This document shows positions 56,101 through 64,000 of a DNA stretch of 64,000 bases, one piece after another. Made by a program: the position numbers and the translations under genes. The stretch spans positions 315,319-379,318 of the forward strand of contig CAVRUU010000003.1 in assembly GCA_963724515.1 (NCBI GenBank), read 5' to 3'. Each line of letters begins with the position of its first letter. The stretch's first letter is position 1. The notes beneath the pieces were generated by a model. That model was not told where the DNA came from, did no database searches, and worked only from the letters and a program-made list of their open reading frames with translations. This DNA comes from Candidatus Eiseniibacteriota bacterium. Lineage in GTDB: Bacteria; Eisenbacteria; RBG-16-71-46; SZUA-252.

Positions 56101-56646
56101 GACCACGTCCTTGCCGCGGTCGTACTCGATCTGGTTCGCCGTGAGCGTCCGCGTGGAGTCCTCCATCCGCGGATTGCCGACGATCACCGAGCGGTCCTCT
56201 CTCCGGTAGAAGCGCGCCTCCTTCCCTGAAATTCGCGCCGCGCCTTCCTCGATTCGGACGTTCCCGCGCAGGATCGCGAGGCGTGACTTCCGGTCATAGG
56301 AGGCTTCGTCGCCCCACATCCTCGTCTTCCCGTCCAGGATCTTCACGTTCCCCATCAGCTCGATGAGCTCGCGCTTGCGGTAGACGCGCGCGGAATCCCC
56401 GATCACGGTCGTCGGGCCGTGAACCACCGTGACCTTGATCGCGGTGTAGACGTCCTCGTCGGAGGTCGCGGAGCCGGACAGGCGGTCCGCCTTCAGATGG
56501 TAGGTCTCGTCGCCCAGGGCGGGCTTGGACCCGGGCTGGGCGGCGGCGGTTCGCACGGCTCCCGCGGGGATGGAGGCCGCGAGCAGGACGATCAGGAAGG
56601 CGACCGGGCCGGCGTGACCGCCGGCGCGCCGGCCTTCAAAGCTCAT
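53104..56646 (-). CDS. lptD: LPS-assembly protein LptD with an extended N-terminal OstA/LptA-like repeat region
   Basis: YTTC...PHY, LALPFYVFP, RHSGFQLP, GYYWAISDY and RDLHCWE; about 500 aa of 'GNV/GNP' jellyroll repeats upstream of the barrel; ATG 56646. Confidence 0.85.
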   Translation of the reverse strand: MSFEGRRAGGHAGPVAFLIVLLAASIPAGAVRTAAAQPGSKPALGDETYHLKADRLSGSATSDEDVYTAIKVTVVHGPTTVIGDSARVYRKRELIELMGNVKILDGKTRMWGDEASYDRKSRLAILRGNVRIEEGAARISGKEARFYRREDRSVIVGNPRMEDSTRTLTANQIEYDRGKDVVLATGNVVAVDRAESTTVRAGRIRYDRVRNYAWATQDPVLTIEESGGKSTRVRGVTMEFDNAKRAVFALGNVLVERDKLRATGDRGEFYEGENRALLVGKPRAWDDEGEVRGDTLDLRFAQHRVQSVQVRPNAVVRYEAKGERGRGERTEAYGDTVTLVNPGEETRRAVVVGHARSVYWPSSADSAQGGRNLSSGDSIIVEFAGGRARRATVVGEAEGTYYMVAEGDTSRANQEERVRYRGRKIVYDVDGDEVDVVGVAEVTYKELRLNAEKVAFNTKTERMRAEGDPVLQDGKDRIVGQTMTYDLSIRRGTIFSGKTTYEKGYYYGEQIRKVSDDVLLVRNGSYTTCELDEPHYHFGSHNMKILLRDKVIVRPVVFYFKHIPLLALPFYVFPIRPGRHSGFQLPQVEFGSSSQGGKFIRNVGYYWAISDYLDATLWGDYYQDDRWIAHSQTRYQKRYLLSGEINSSFEHSLLGSNRWDLLGRHIQTLGTNLTLRGQANLTNSSQYRKDQSIGRSVLVRVQRNLSSNLSFDKRWSGASLNVGLTRNQDLDPDPGTLEIGQQLPAVKFSLFQRPLGHLARGKESARLPWLSSTVYSFTSTLSSERNSFFQSRPETTVVLDSLGVPTDTTVSLADVETSRTAARHDITLADVRTLMGFLRITPSMSYSEVFYSEDAAGNRNQRAGVWRGGVSANTSIFGTFRPSLGPLRAVRHVITPSVGFSYQPAYPGLSYRDQNGVLRQRFTGVSGVSPLGASEARTMNFSLQNDVHVKWGDPAQPKVLNSLIFLQTSGSYDFLASRTGQKPLSDLFSTLRLNAGRKSIDMHFAHNPYDGKLLNFSASSGLYFQGVRRVPSQEGSVEGDPFAPAVAAPTGWVPPGLVPSDLPWSLSISVGHTGSSTRLPGGGYSTWRSSTTGNGSFGINPTRNWRVDYAAQYDFNDRKLVSWNYSVKRDLHCWEAQFTRAISGGITEYYFKINVKNLPEVYYEQGSRGLRGFGGIENRF

Positions 56647-57949
56647 GACGGACGCTGACCCCGAGGTGCGGAAGGGCGGAGGCGAGAAGGAAGAACGATC
56701 CGGCGACCACGAGGACGCCGCCCGATCCACGCGCCCAGGCGAGGGCGCGGTCGAGCGCTTCCGGGATCGACGCGATCGCCTCGCACGTGAGATGGCGGGA
56801 AGGGGCCGACTCCAAGAGCGTGGAGGCCGGAGTCGCGCGCTCCCCCGGAAACTCGGTCAGGTAGAAGCGATCCGCCACCGATCCCAGCTTACGCAGGAAG
56901 TCCGCGTGGGCTTTGTCGCGCGACAGCGCCACGAGGAACGCCACGCGCCGCCCCGGAAAGAGAGCGCGCACGGTCTCCGCGAGCGCGGCGGCGCCTTCCA
57001 CGTTGTGGGCGACGTCCACGAGCACCGGCGGGTCCTCGAGCACCAACTCCGCGCGCGCGGGCCAGCGCGCGCCGGCGACGCCGCGCTCGATGGCGGACGC
57101 GATCTCATCCGGCGGCCTGCCCGCAAGCCACGTCTCGGCCGCGAGCGCCGCGAGCGCCGCGTTCCGCGCCTGGTGCTTCCCCAAGAGATTCGTGTGGAGC
57201 CTCCCTCGGTACGAGGATGTTTCGAGCGCGAACTCGGTTCCATGTTCGAGGCTCACCCGGCGTGTCGTGTAGCGGGCGTCGACGCCGAGCAGGCTCAGCG
57301 AGGCCCCCCGCTCCTCGGCGGCGGCCGCGATGGCCGATCGCGCTTCCCGACCCCGGACGCCGGAGACGACGGCGCCATGCGGCTTCACGATCCCCGCCTT
57401 CTCGACGGCGATCCTCCGGAGCGTCGAGCCCAGGATCTCGCCGTGGTCGCTGCTGATGGTGGTGATCACGGAGACCCGCGGCGTCAGGATGTTCGTCGCG
57501 TCGAGGCGCCCGCCCAGCCCCACTTCCACGACCGCGACGTCGAGATTGGAAGCCGCGAAATGGTCGAACCCGATCGCGGTTGCCGCCTCGAAGAACGAGG
57601 GACGAAGCTCCTCGAAGCGGGGCCACCACCGCTCGAGCAGTCCCTCGAGCGCCGCGTCCTCGATCTCGCGACCCTGGACGCGGATCCTCTCGTGGAAGCG
57701 AAGCAGGTGCGGGGAGGTGTAGAGGCCGGTTCGGAGTCCGGCCGCGCGGAGAATCGAATCGAGGTGGGCCGCGGTCGAGCCCTTGCCGTTCGTCCCACCG
57801 ACCAGAATCGAGGGGAACGCCCGATCCGGCCGGCCCGCGGTCTCGAGCAGGCGCGTGATGCCGTCGAGTCCCGGGCGCATGCCGCTCCGCTCGAAGAGAT
57901 ACATCTCATCGAGCCGCCGGGTGAGGGTGGCGCTCGCGGGCGCCTTCAT
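56636..57949 (-). CDS. folC: Folylpolyglutamate synthase/dihydrofolate synthase
   Basis: GTNGKGS, YTSPHL, EVGLGGRLDATN, EKAGI and DVAHN. Confidence 0.96.
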   Translation of the reverse strand: MKAPASATLTRRLDEMYLFERSGMRPGLDGITRLLETAGRPDRAFPSILVGGTNGKGSTAAHLDSILRAAGLRTGLYTSPHLLRFHERIRVQGREIEDAALEGLLERWWPRFEELRPSFFEAATAIGFDHFAASNLDVAVVEVGLGGRLDATNILTPRVSVITTISSDHGEILGSTLRRIAVEKAGIVKPHGAVVSGVRGREARSAIAAAAEERGASLSLLGVDARYTTRRVSLEHGTEFALETSSYRGRLHTNLLGKHQARNAALAALAAETWLAGRPPDEIASAIERGVAGARWPARAELVLEDPPVLVDVAHNVEGAAALAETVRALFPGRRVAFLVALSRDKAHADFLRKLGSVADRFYLTEFPGERATPASTLLESAPSRHLTCEAIASIPEALDRALAWARGSGGVLVVAGSFFLLASALPHLGVSVRHEL

Positions 57950-59106
57950 TCGCGGATGGGGATCTCTTGGTCGGCGGGAAATGCCGCGGAGCCGCCGGGC
58001 GAAGGCTCCTTGCTCTCGGCCGGCGCCGCGGACGGCTGAGCGTCCGGCTTGGTTCCCGGCGGCGGCCCGCCCGGCAGGCCGTTTCCGCTCGGATCCACCG
58101 CGGGCTCGAACGGCTGGAGCGTCGCGTCGGCGACGGGCGCCTCCACCGGAGTCGGGACCGGCGCCGGGGGAGGCGGCGGGGCCTGAGCGATCGGGCCCCC
58201 CACGGCGCGGAAGCGGGCCAGGGTTTCGCCCGCGCGCCGGCGCGGCTTCTGCGGCAGCTGTGCGGCCGCCGCGAAGAAATGGAGGAACCAGGCGAGCGTC
58301 TTGCGGAGCTCGTTTCGGTGCACGATACGGTCGATCATCCCCTTCGCGAGGAGGAACTCGGACCGCTGGAACCCTTCCGGAAGCTCCTGGTTGATCGTCT
58401 GCTTGATGACCCGCGGTCCCGCGAACCCGATCAGCGCGCGCGGTTCCGCCAGGATCACGTCGCCGACCGAGGCGAAGCTCGCGGTCACGCCGCCGGTCGT
58501 CGGGTGCGTCATGATCGAAATGTAGGGAACGCCCGCGTCCGAGAGTCTCGCGAGGAGCGCGTTCGTCTTGGCCATCTGCATCAGGGAGAGGATGCCCTCG
58601 AACATGCGGGCTCCGCCCGAGGACGAGATCAGCACGAGTGGATGCCGCTTTTCGAGAGCGAGCAGGATCCCCCGGGCGATCCGCTCGCCCGACGCCGACG
58701 CCAGGCTCCCGCCGAGGAACGAGAAGTCCATGACCCCGATGACGAGCGGGTGGCCTTCGATGGCACCGTCTCCCACGAGGATGGCCTCGCTCAGCCCCGT
58801 TTCCTCGCGCGCTCTCCTCAGACGATCGCTGTAGCGTTTCGTATCGCGGAATTTCAGCGGATCGGTGGAGACGACCTCGGAGAACCGCTCGGTGAAGGAG
58901 CCTTCATCGAGAAGGATCTTCAGATAGGTGCGCGCGGGGATCCGGAAATGGTAGGAGCACTTGGTGCAGGTCCAGAGGTTGCGCTCGAGCTCCTTCTGAT
59001 AGAGGATCTCGCCGCACTCCTCGCACTTCGTCCAGAGACCGTCCGGCAGCTCCCGTTTCCGCTGCGGCGTCTTGAGCCCTTCTTTTGACTTCTTGAGCCA
59101 GCTCAT
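57946..59106 (-). CDS. accD: Acetyl-CoA carboxylase carboxyltransferase beta subunit
   Basis: Zn ribbon (CEEC, CTKC), SGGARM, SLMQMAK, PTTGGVTASFA, GFAGPRVI and FQRSEFL; Pro-rich extension. Confidence 0.96.
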   Translation of the reverse strand: MSWLKKSKEGLKTPQRKRELPDGLWTKCEECGEILYQKELERNLWTCTKCSYHFRIPARTYLKILLDEGSFTERFSEVVSTDPLKFRDTKRYSDRLRRAREETGLSEAILVGDGAIEGHPLVIGVMDFSFLGGSLASASGERIARGILLALEKRHPLVLISSSGGARMFEGILSLMQMAKTNALLARLSDAGVPYISIMTHPTTGGVTASFASVGDVILAEPRALIGFAGPRVIKQTINQELPEGFQRSEFLLAKGMIDRIVHRNELRKTLAWFLHFFAAAAQLPQKPRRRAGETLARFRAVGGPIAQAPPPPPAPVPTPVEAPVADATLQPFEPAVDPSGNGLPGGPPPGTKPDAQPSAAPAESKEPSPGGSAAFPADQEIPIRE

Positions 59107-59576
59107 ACGGTCGGATCCTCCGGGAGGACACGATACATGACGATAGCATCCTCGACGGGGCTCCGGTAGTAGTTCTTTCGGATCGCGATGTCGATGAAGT
59201 GATTCTTGTAATAGAACTTACGGGCCGCGTTATTGGACGCGCGGACCTCGAGAGTGACCCGCTTCACCCCCGCCTTCGCGCCGTCGGTCAGGAGCGCATC
59301 CAGGAGCTTCTGGGCGATGCCGTGCCGGCGCTCGGCCGGCAGAACCGCGAGATTCCCGACGTGGGCCTCGTCCGGAATGACCACCGCGAAGAGGTACCCG
59401 ATGAGATTCCGCCGCCGGACGGCGCCACGGGCGTAGCCGCGCGCCTCGACGTCGAGTTCCGATTCGAACATCCCGCGCGTCCAGGGATCGGTGAAGGACG
59501 CGCGCTCGATCGAGACGATCTGGTCCAGGTGCTCGCGCGCGAGCGGCTCGATGCGGACCGGATCGTCCTGGGTCAT
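59103..59576 (-). CDS. rimI: Ribosomal protein S18 N-acetyltransferase RimI
   Basis: IERASF..PW, NLAV, RRHGIA, LEVRASN and RKNYY...EDA; follows tsaB. Confidence 0.93.
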   Translation of the reverse strand: MTQDDPVRIEPLAREHLDQIVSIERASFTDPWTRGMFESELDVEARGYARGAVRRRNLIGYLFAVVIPDEAHVGNLAVLPAERRHGIAQKLLDALLTDGAKAGVKRVTLEVRASNNAARKFYYKNHFIDIAIRKNYYRSPVEDAIVMYRVLPEDPTV

Positions 59577-60277
59577 GGCGACGGCTTGCGCGCGTTCGGG
59601 GCGCGGCCATAGGCGGGCGCGGCCTGGGCGAGATTCTCCTCGCGCCCCTCGCGAAGATACCGGTCACCGAGCTCCGCGACCCCAGCCGCGGCCGGCGGGA
59701 GCGCCTCCGCCCCGGCGGGAACATATCCCGCCGCCTCGAGCGAACGGAGCAGCTCGGGCTTCAAGTCCGGTCCGGCGATCGCGATCGACTCCTCGCCGCG
59801 CCTCGCCTTGGCCCGGAGCGTCGTAGCGAGATCCTTCTCGGCGACGCGCTCGGGGCCCCAGATTGGCGTGATCCCCGCTCCGCCCGACCAGAGCGCCGCC
59901 TGCACCTCGCCGCGCTCACCCTGCAGCACGGTGGCGATCAGGCCGGCCCGAAGTCTGTGGCGGTACGCGTTCACTTCGTGCGCGGACACGAGCACCAGCT
60001 TCGCCGACGAGCCGAAACACACTCCCTTCGCCCAGGCCAGCCCGATCCGGAGCCCGGTGAACGATCCGGGGCCGCTCGAGACGGCCACGCCTTCGAGGTC
60101 GCGCCATTCCCGATTCCGCTCGCCGAGGATCCGTTCGGCGGCGCGCGAGATGCCGCTCGAGTGCTCCCCGGGCGGAAACGTCTCCCACGCCGACACGGCG
60201 CCGTCTTCCGCGAGCGCGATCGAGCCGAAGCGGGCGGCGGTGTCGATGCCGAGCACGAGGCGCACGCCGGAAATCAC
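59573..60277 (-). CDS. tsaB: tRNA threonylcarbamoyladenosine biosynthesis protein TsaB
   Basis: LGIDTA and GPGSFTGLRIG; GTG 60277 overlaps the tsaE stop. Confidence 0.92.
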   Translation of the reverse strand: MISGVRLVLGIDTAARFGSIALAEDGAVSAWETFPPGEHSSGISRAAERILGERNREWRDLEGVAVSSGPGSFTGLRIGLAWAKGVCFGSSAKLVLVSAHEVNAYRHRLRAGLIATVLQGERGEVQAALWSGGAGITPIWGPERVAEKDLATTLRAKARRGEESIAIAGPDLKPELLRSLEAAGYVPAGAEALPPAAAGVAELGDRYLREGREENLAQAAPAYGRAPNARKPSP

Positions 60278-60747
60278 TCGGGATCGAGGGCGCCCTGAAG
60301 CGCCAGACTCCGCCATCGCGCTCCCAGCGCTTCGACCGTTACCTCCCGCGCGTCCGGACCGGAGTACCGGAGCGAAAGCTCGAGCCGTTCGGGTGGGAGC
60401 CGGTCGGACGCGCGGTCGGCCCACTCCACGACGACGATCGCGTCCCGTTCCGCAAGATCCTCGATGCCGAGCGAGTCCCACTCCTCCGGGGAATCCAGTC
60501 GATACAGATCCGCGTGGACGATGGCAGGCGATCCGCCGTACACCTCCACGCGCACGTAGGTGGGGCTCCGGCTTCTCATCCCGGGGTGGATTCCATCGAC
60601 GATCCCGGACACGAGCGTCGTCTTCCCCGCTCCCAGCTCTCCGCGGAGCGCCACCCAGTCCCCGGGAACCAGGTGCCGCCCCAGGCGCACTCCGTAGGAG
60701 TGTGTCGCGCCCGCTCCGTGCAGGAATGCCCGCCGCTCGTACGCCAA
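60274..60747 (-). CDS. tsaE: tRNA threonylcarbamoyladenosine biosynthesis ATPase TsaE
   Basis: GELGAGKTT, SPTY, HADLYRL and VEWA; only the C-terminal part of the 531-aa track ORF. Confidence 0.92.
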   Translation of the reverse strand: MAYERRAFLHGAGATHSYGVRLGRHLVPGDWVALRGELGAGKTTLVSGIVDGIHPGMRSRSPTYVRVEVYGGSPAIVHADLYRLDSPEEWDSLGIEDLAERDAIVVVEWADRASDRLPPERLELSLRYSGPDAREVTVEALGARWRSLALQGALDPE

Positions 60748-60752
60748 GGGAA

Positions 60753-62330
60753 TCAGCCGCGGGGCGTGAGGGTGGCCGTGGGGAGGATCATCTCTTCGAG
60801 CGAGATGCCGCCGTGCTGGAAACTCCCGCGATACTTGTTCTCGTATTCGTGGAAATTGGTCGGGTACACGAAGTAGAAATCTTCCTTCGCGATGATGTAG
60901 CTCTTGTTCATCGAGTTCGCGGGAAGCCGGAACCGGTTCGGGTCCTTCACCTGGACCGCGTATTTCGGATCGCAGGCCAGGTTCGTGCCGAACTTGAAGC
61001 GGAGGTTCGTCGAAGTCTCGCGGTTTCCGTGCACCAGCGCGGAACGCCGGCTCAGGATCGCGCCGTGGTCGGTCGTGAGGATCACCGTGCAATCCTGCTT
61101 CGACATCCACTTCAGCGCGTCGAAGAGCGAAGAGTGCACGAACCAGGAGCGCATCACCGATCGGAACGCCGCCTCGTCGGGCGCCAGCTCTTTCAATAGA
61201 TCCGACTCGGAGCGCCCGTGCGTCAGCATGTCCAGGAAGTTGAACACGAGCGCCACCAGCGGGATATTCTGGAACGTGACGACGTTCCGGCGCACGTTGT
61301 TCGCCTCTTCGGCGTTGTAGATCTTGATGTACTTCGGCGGCGATCCGAGCTCGATCGAGAGGCGCTTGAGCTGGAGGTCGAGAAGCTGGCGCTCGAAGCG
61401 GTTCTTGCTCCGCTCGTCCCCCGGCCCCTCGTGCCAGAACTCCGGATGCCGGCTGTGGATCTCGTCCGGGTAGAGGCCCGCGAAGATTGCGTTCCGCGAG
61501 TAAGGGGTCGCGGTGGGCAGGATCGACACGTGGTAGTCCACGGTCACGTCGAAGAATTCGCGCAGCAAAGGCTCGACGGTGAGCCACTGATCGAGCCGCA
61601 TGCAGTCCACGATGATGAAATAGACCCGGCGCTTCTGGCGGAGGAGCGGGGCCGCCCAGCGTTCCAGAACACCGGTCGAGAGCGGGGGCGCAGCACCTGC
61701 CGCCGTGCCGCCGCTCGATACCCACGAGGCGTAGTTCGCCTCGACGTACTGCCCGAACTCGACGTTCAGCTCCCGTCTCTGGTCCAGGTGCGCCTGCTTC
61801 AACCCCGCGTCCCCGGCCCGGTCCAGCTCGAGGTCCCATTGCGCGCTCCGGGCGTAGAGGTCGATCCATCCTCGCCAGTCGAGCCCTCCGGCCGAATCTT
61901 CGCGAAGCCTCGCGAGCTCCGCGACGTAGTTGCGAGTCCGCTGGTTATCTTGTAGCCGGTCCGATTCCAGCAGGCGCTTCAGCGCGAGGAAGATCTGCGT
62001 CGGGCGCACCGGCTTGATCAGGTAGTCGTCGATCCGCTTCCCGATCGCCTCGTCCATGAGCGATTCCGCCTCGTTCTTCGTGACGAGCACCACCGGCACC
62101 AGAGGATCGTGCTCCTTGATCGCCTCGAGCGTCGCCAGGCCACCGAGCCCAGGCATCGAATCGTCGAGCAGAACCACATCGAACTTCTCGCGCGCGGCGC
62201 ACGCCACGGCGTCGTTCCCGTTCGAGACGGAGGTGACGCGGTAGCCCTTCGATTCGAGGAGCAGGATGTGCGGCTTCAGGAGGTCGATCTCGTCGTCGGC
62301 CCAGAGAATCTTTCGGTCTTGGGCAGCCAT
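60753..62330 (-). CDS. porX: PorX-like response regulator (receiver + PglZ/alkaline-phosphatase-superfamily domain)
   Basis: ILWADDEIDLLKPH, DDSMPG, DCMRLDQW, LPTATPYSRNAIF, TDHG and FQHGGISLEEM; sits directly upstream of tsaE. Confidence 0.88.
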   Translation of the reverse strand: MAAQDRKILWADDEIDLLKPHILLLESKGYRVTSVSNGNDAVACAAREKFDVVLLDDSMPGLGGLATLEAIKEHDPLVPVVLVTKNEAESLMDEAIGKRIDDYLIKPVRPTQIFLALKRLLESDRLQDNQRTRNYVAELARLREDSAGGLDWRGWIDLYARSAQWDLELDRAGDAGLKQAHLDQRRELNVEFGQYVEANYASWVSSGGTAAGAAPPLSTGVLERWAAPLLRQKRRVYFIIVDCMRLDQWLTVEPLLREFFDVTVDYHVSILPTATPYSRNAIFAGLYPDEIHSRHPEFWHEGPGDERSKNRFERQLLDLQLKRLSIELGSPPKYIKIYNAEEANNVRRNVVTFQNIPLVALVFNFLDMLTHGRSESDLLKELAPDEAAFRSVMRSWFVHSSLFDALKWMSKQDCTVILTTDHGAILSRRSALVHGNRETSTNLRFKFGTNLACDPKYAVQVKDPNRFRLPANSMNKSYIIAKEDFYFVYPTNFHEYENKYRGSFQHGGISLEEMILPTATLTPRG

Positions 62331-62348
62331 GGTCGCGGGCTTTCGGGG

Positions 62349-63641
62349 TTACGCGGAACCGGCGTTCGGGGGAGGCGCGACGGGCAGCGCCACGGCGACG
62401 GTGGTTCCACGGCCGGGCGCGGATTCCACGATGGTGATCCTGCCGTGATGATACTCGCGCACCACGCGCCGGGCAAGCGCGAGCCCCAGTCCCCACCCGC
62501 GACGCTTCGTGGTGAATCCCGGCGAGAACGCGCGGCGTCGCTCCGAGGCGTTCATGCCGCGGCCGTCGTCCTTCACGATGATTTCCACCTCACGGCGCTC
62601 GCGGCGCCAGACCAGCGAGACCTCGATCCTTCCCTTCGGCTTGTCCCCCGCGTCGATCGCGTTCCGGATGAGGTTCTCGACGACCCACTCGATCAGGGCC
62701 TCGTGGAACGCCACCCTCGGAATCGGCTCGTAGCGCTCCTCGATCTCCATCGCGGTCCCCAGATGCGGAAGCCGGTGGCGGAAGTACTGCACCACGCCCG
62801 CCACGGTCCCGGTCAGGTCTCCCTCCTTGAGCGCGGGGACCGAGCCGACCTGCCCGAAACGCGAGGCGATCTTGTCGAGTCGATCCAGGTCGAGATCGAT
62901 CTCGGCGGCGATCGCCTCGATCCGCTCCGGCGCCGGGGGTTTCTCCGCGGCCGCTTCGCGCAGGTGCGCGGACCAGCCCAGGAGCGAGGAGAGCGGGGTG
63001 CCGAGCTGGTGGGCGGTCTCCTTTGCGAGCGCGGCCCAGAGCGAGCGCTGCTCCCCGGTCATGATCGTCCGGAACCCCACGAATCCGAAAACGAGGAGGA
63101 GCAGGATCCCCCCGAACTCGACGTAGGGCACCCAGCGAAGCCGGGCCACGAGCGGCGGCTCGCCGTAGTGCACGTATCCCAGCACGCCCGGGTTCCCCAG
63201 CCGCTGCACGGGAATCGGGGGGTTCCGGCGGTCCAGCTTCGCGGCCTCGTCCTGGATCCGTTTCACGATCGGCGGCACGATCCCGCTCTCGGAGGCGCGC
63301 TGGAGCACCGAATCGGGCACCGTGGCCGGCGGGATCCCGATCTGCTTCCACGCGCGTGGGATGCCGCGCGGGTCGGTGAGGATGATCGGAAAATTGATGT
63401 TGCCCACGACCTCGCGGAAGATCGGAATCAGGACGGGATTCTCGGCGGCCTGGAAGGTGGCCACCGCGAAGAAGCCCGCGAGCACGCGGCAGAGGTTCTG
63501 CGTCTCGTTGTTGAGACGTCCGATCAGGTAGTTCGAGTGGAGCACGAGCGCCGCCATGAGCGCGACGATCGCGAGGAAGAGAAATATCTTGTAGGAGAGC
63601 GGCCGGGCTGTCCGCGGCCGTGTGGCGCGCGATTCAGGCAT
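62349..63641 (-). CDS. Membrane sensor histidine kinase
   Basis: Two TM segments, H-box ETAHQLGTP, N-box ENLIRNAIDA, DDGRGM, FSPGFTTK and GWGLGL. Confidence 0.95.
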   Translation of the reverse strand: MPESRATRPRTARPLSYKIFLFLAIVALMAALVLHSNYLIGRLNNETQNLCRVLAGFFAVATFQAAENPVLIPIFREVVGNINFPIILTDPRGIPRAWKQIGIPPATVPDSVLQRASESGIVPPIVKRIQDEAAKLDRRNPPIPVQRLGNPGVLGYVHYGEPPLVARLRWVPYVEFGGILLLLVFGFVGFRTIMTGEQRSLWAALAKETAHQLGTPLSSLLGWSAHLREAAAEKPPAPERIEAIAAEIDLDLDRLDKIASRFGQVGSVPALKEGDLTGTVAGVVQYFRHRLPHLGTAMEIEERYEPIPRVAFHEALIEWVVENLIRNAIDAGDKPKGRIEVSLVWRRERREVEIIVKDDGRGMNASERRRAFSPGFTTKRRGWGLGLALARRVVREYHHGRITIVESAPGRGTTVAVALPVAPPPNAGSA

Positions 63642-63650
63642 TTCGCCGGG

Positions 63651-64000
63651 CTAGTCGGGTCCGATCTCTAGATCGCCGCCCCAGTAGGGGAGGAGCGCTA
63701 CGGGCAGGCGCACCGTTCCGCGTTCGGTCTGATGGTACTCGAGAAGCGTGGCGTACGTCCTCGGCAACGCCAGCCCCGAAGCGTTCAGCGTGTGCACGAA
63801 CTCCGCCTTGCCGTTGGGCTCCGGCCGGTATCGAATCCCCGCGCGGCGCGCCTGGAAGTCCTCGAAATTCGTGCACGAGGAGACCTCGAGCCAGCGACCT
63901 TCTCCGGGCGCCCACGTCTCGAGGTCGTAGCATTTGGCGCCGGCGAAGCTCAGATCTCCCGCCGCGAGGAGGAGCACGCGGCGCGGAAGCTCGAGCAGGT
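63651..64000 (-). CDS. serS: Serine--tRNA ligase, C-terminal part (5' end outside window)
   Basis: [29 protein letters not shown] and HTLNASGLA. Confidence 0.95.
   Translation of the reverse strand, partial: LLELPRRVLLLAAGDLSFAGAKCYDLETWAPGEGRWLEVSSCTNFEDFQARRAGIRYRPEPNGKAEFVHTLNASGLALPRTYATLLEYHQTERGTVRLPVALLPYWGGDLEIGPD

Noticed and set aside
23551-61869. Long N-terminal extensions given by the ORF track (leuA-like from 25536, pilX from 43351, pilV from 44726, tsaB from 60481, tsaE from 61869)
   Set aside because: They overlap upstream genes in other frames; family motifs and stop/start overlaps indicate the shorter starts used above.
126-63930. Numerous long + strand and alternate-frame ORFs (e.g. 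12159-14534, 19651-22341, 41183-43186, 46598-49165)
   Set aside because: They are Arg/Gly/Pro-rich shadow frames of well-supported minus-strand genes, as expected at high GC, with no recognisable motifs.
1-64000. Genome-wide UGA reassignment (code 4/25) as the explanation for the in-frame TGAs
   Set aside because: Many conserved genes end at TGA exactly where expected, often in ATGA/GTGA overlaps (mnmA, accD, rimI, tsaE, pilins). Read-through is indicated only at two Cys-adjacent sites followed by hairpins.

Overview
High-GC bacterial window, densely coding and almost entirely on the minus strand (only a DUF998-like gene and panE are on +). LptD, a TonB receptor, a PorX-like regulator and a FlgD-Ig/T9SS-type C-terminal domain point to a diderm of the FCB neighbourhood, possibly Candidatus Eisenbacteria (inference, not verified). 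From right to left (direction of transcription) it holds: serS (partial), a sensor kinase, porX-like, tsaE, tsaB, rimI, accD, folC, a giant lptD and HU; a UshA-fold/tetraheme cytochrome gene; an MSHA-like type IV filament cluster containing a DUF2723/TMEM260-like glycosyltransferase; cbs and cgl; yajQ, TPM, an NTase-like gene and lemA; a cobalamin riboswitch with btuB; crt-thiolase-hbd-thiolase-leuA-like-leuB-like; a 2222-aa Ig/cadherin-repeat surface protein; comM/yifB; TPR proteins; a cyclophilin; iscS, mnmA and a hydroxy-acid oxidase; and a subtilase running off the left edge. The strongest hidden signals are two genes the ORF track splits or misses because of an in-frame UGA followed by a SECIS-like hairpin. 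One is a 77-aa CxxU Rdx/SelW-like protein (2940-3173). The other is an exported CGU-motif degenerate metallophosphoesterase fused to a tetraheme c554-like domain (51190-52539). Twin sigma28-like promoter motifs precede pilB and pilA, and single-base frameshifts disrupt comM and one thiolase. I saw no tRNA, rRNA, CRISPR array, integrase or transposase. All calls are by-eye motif recognition; no database searches were run.
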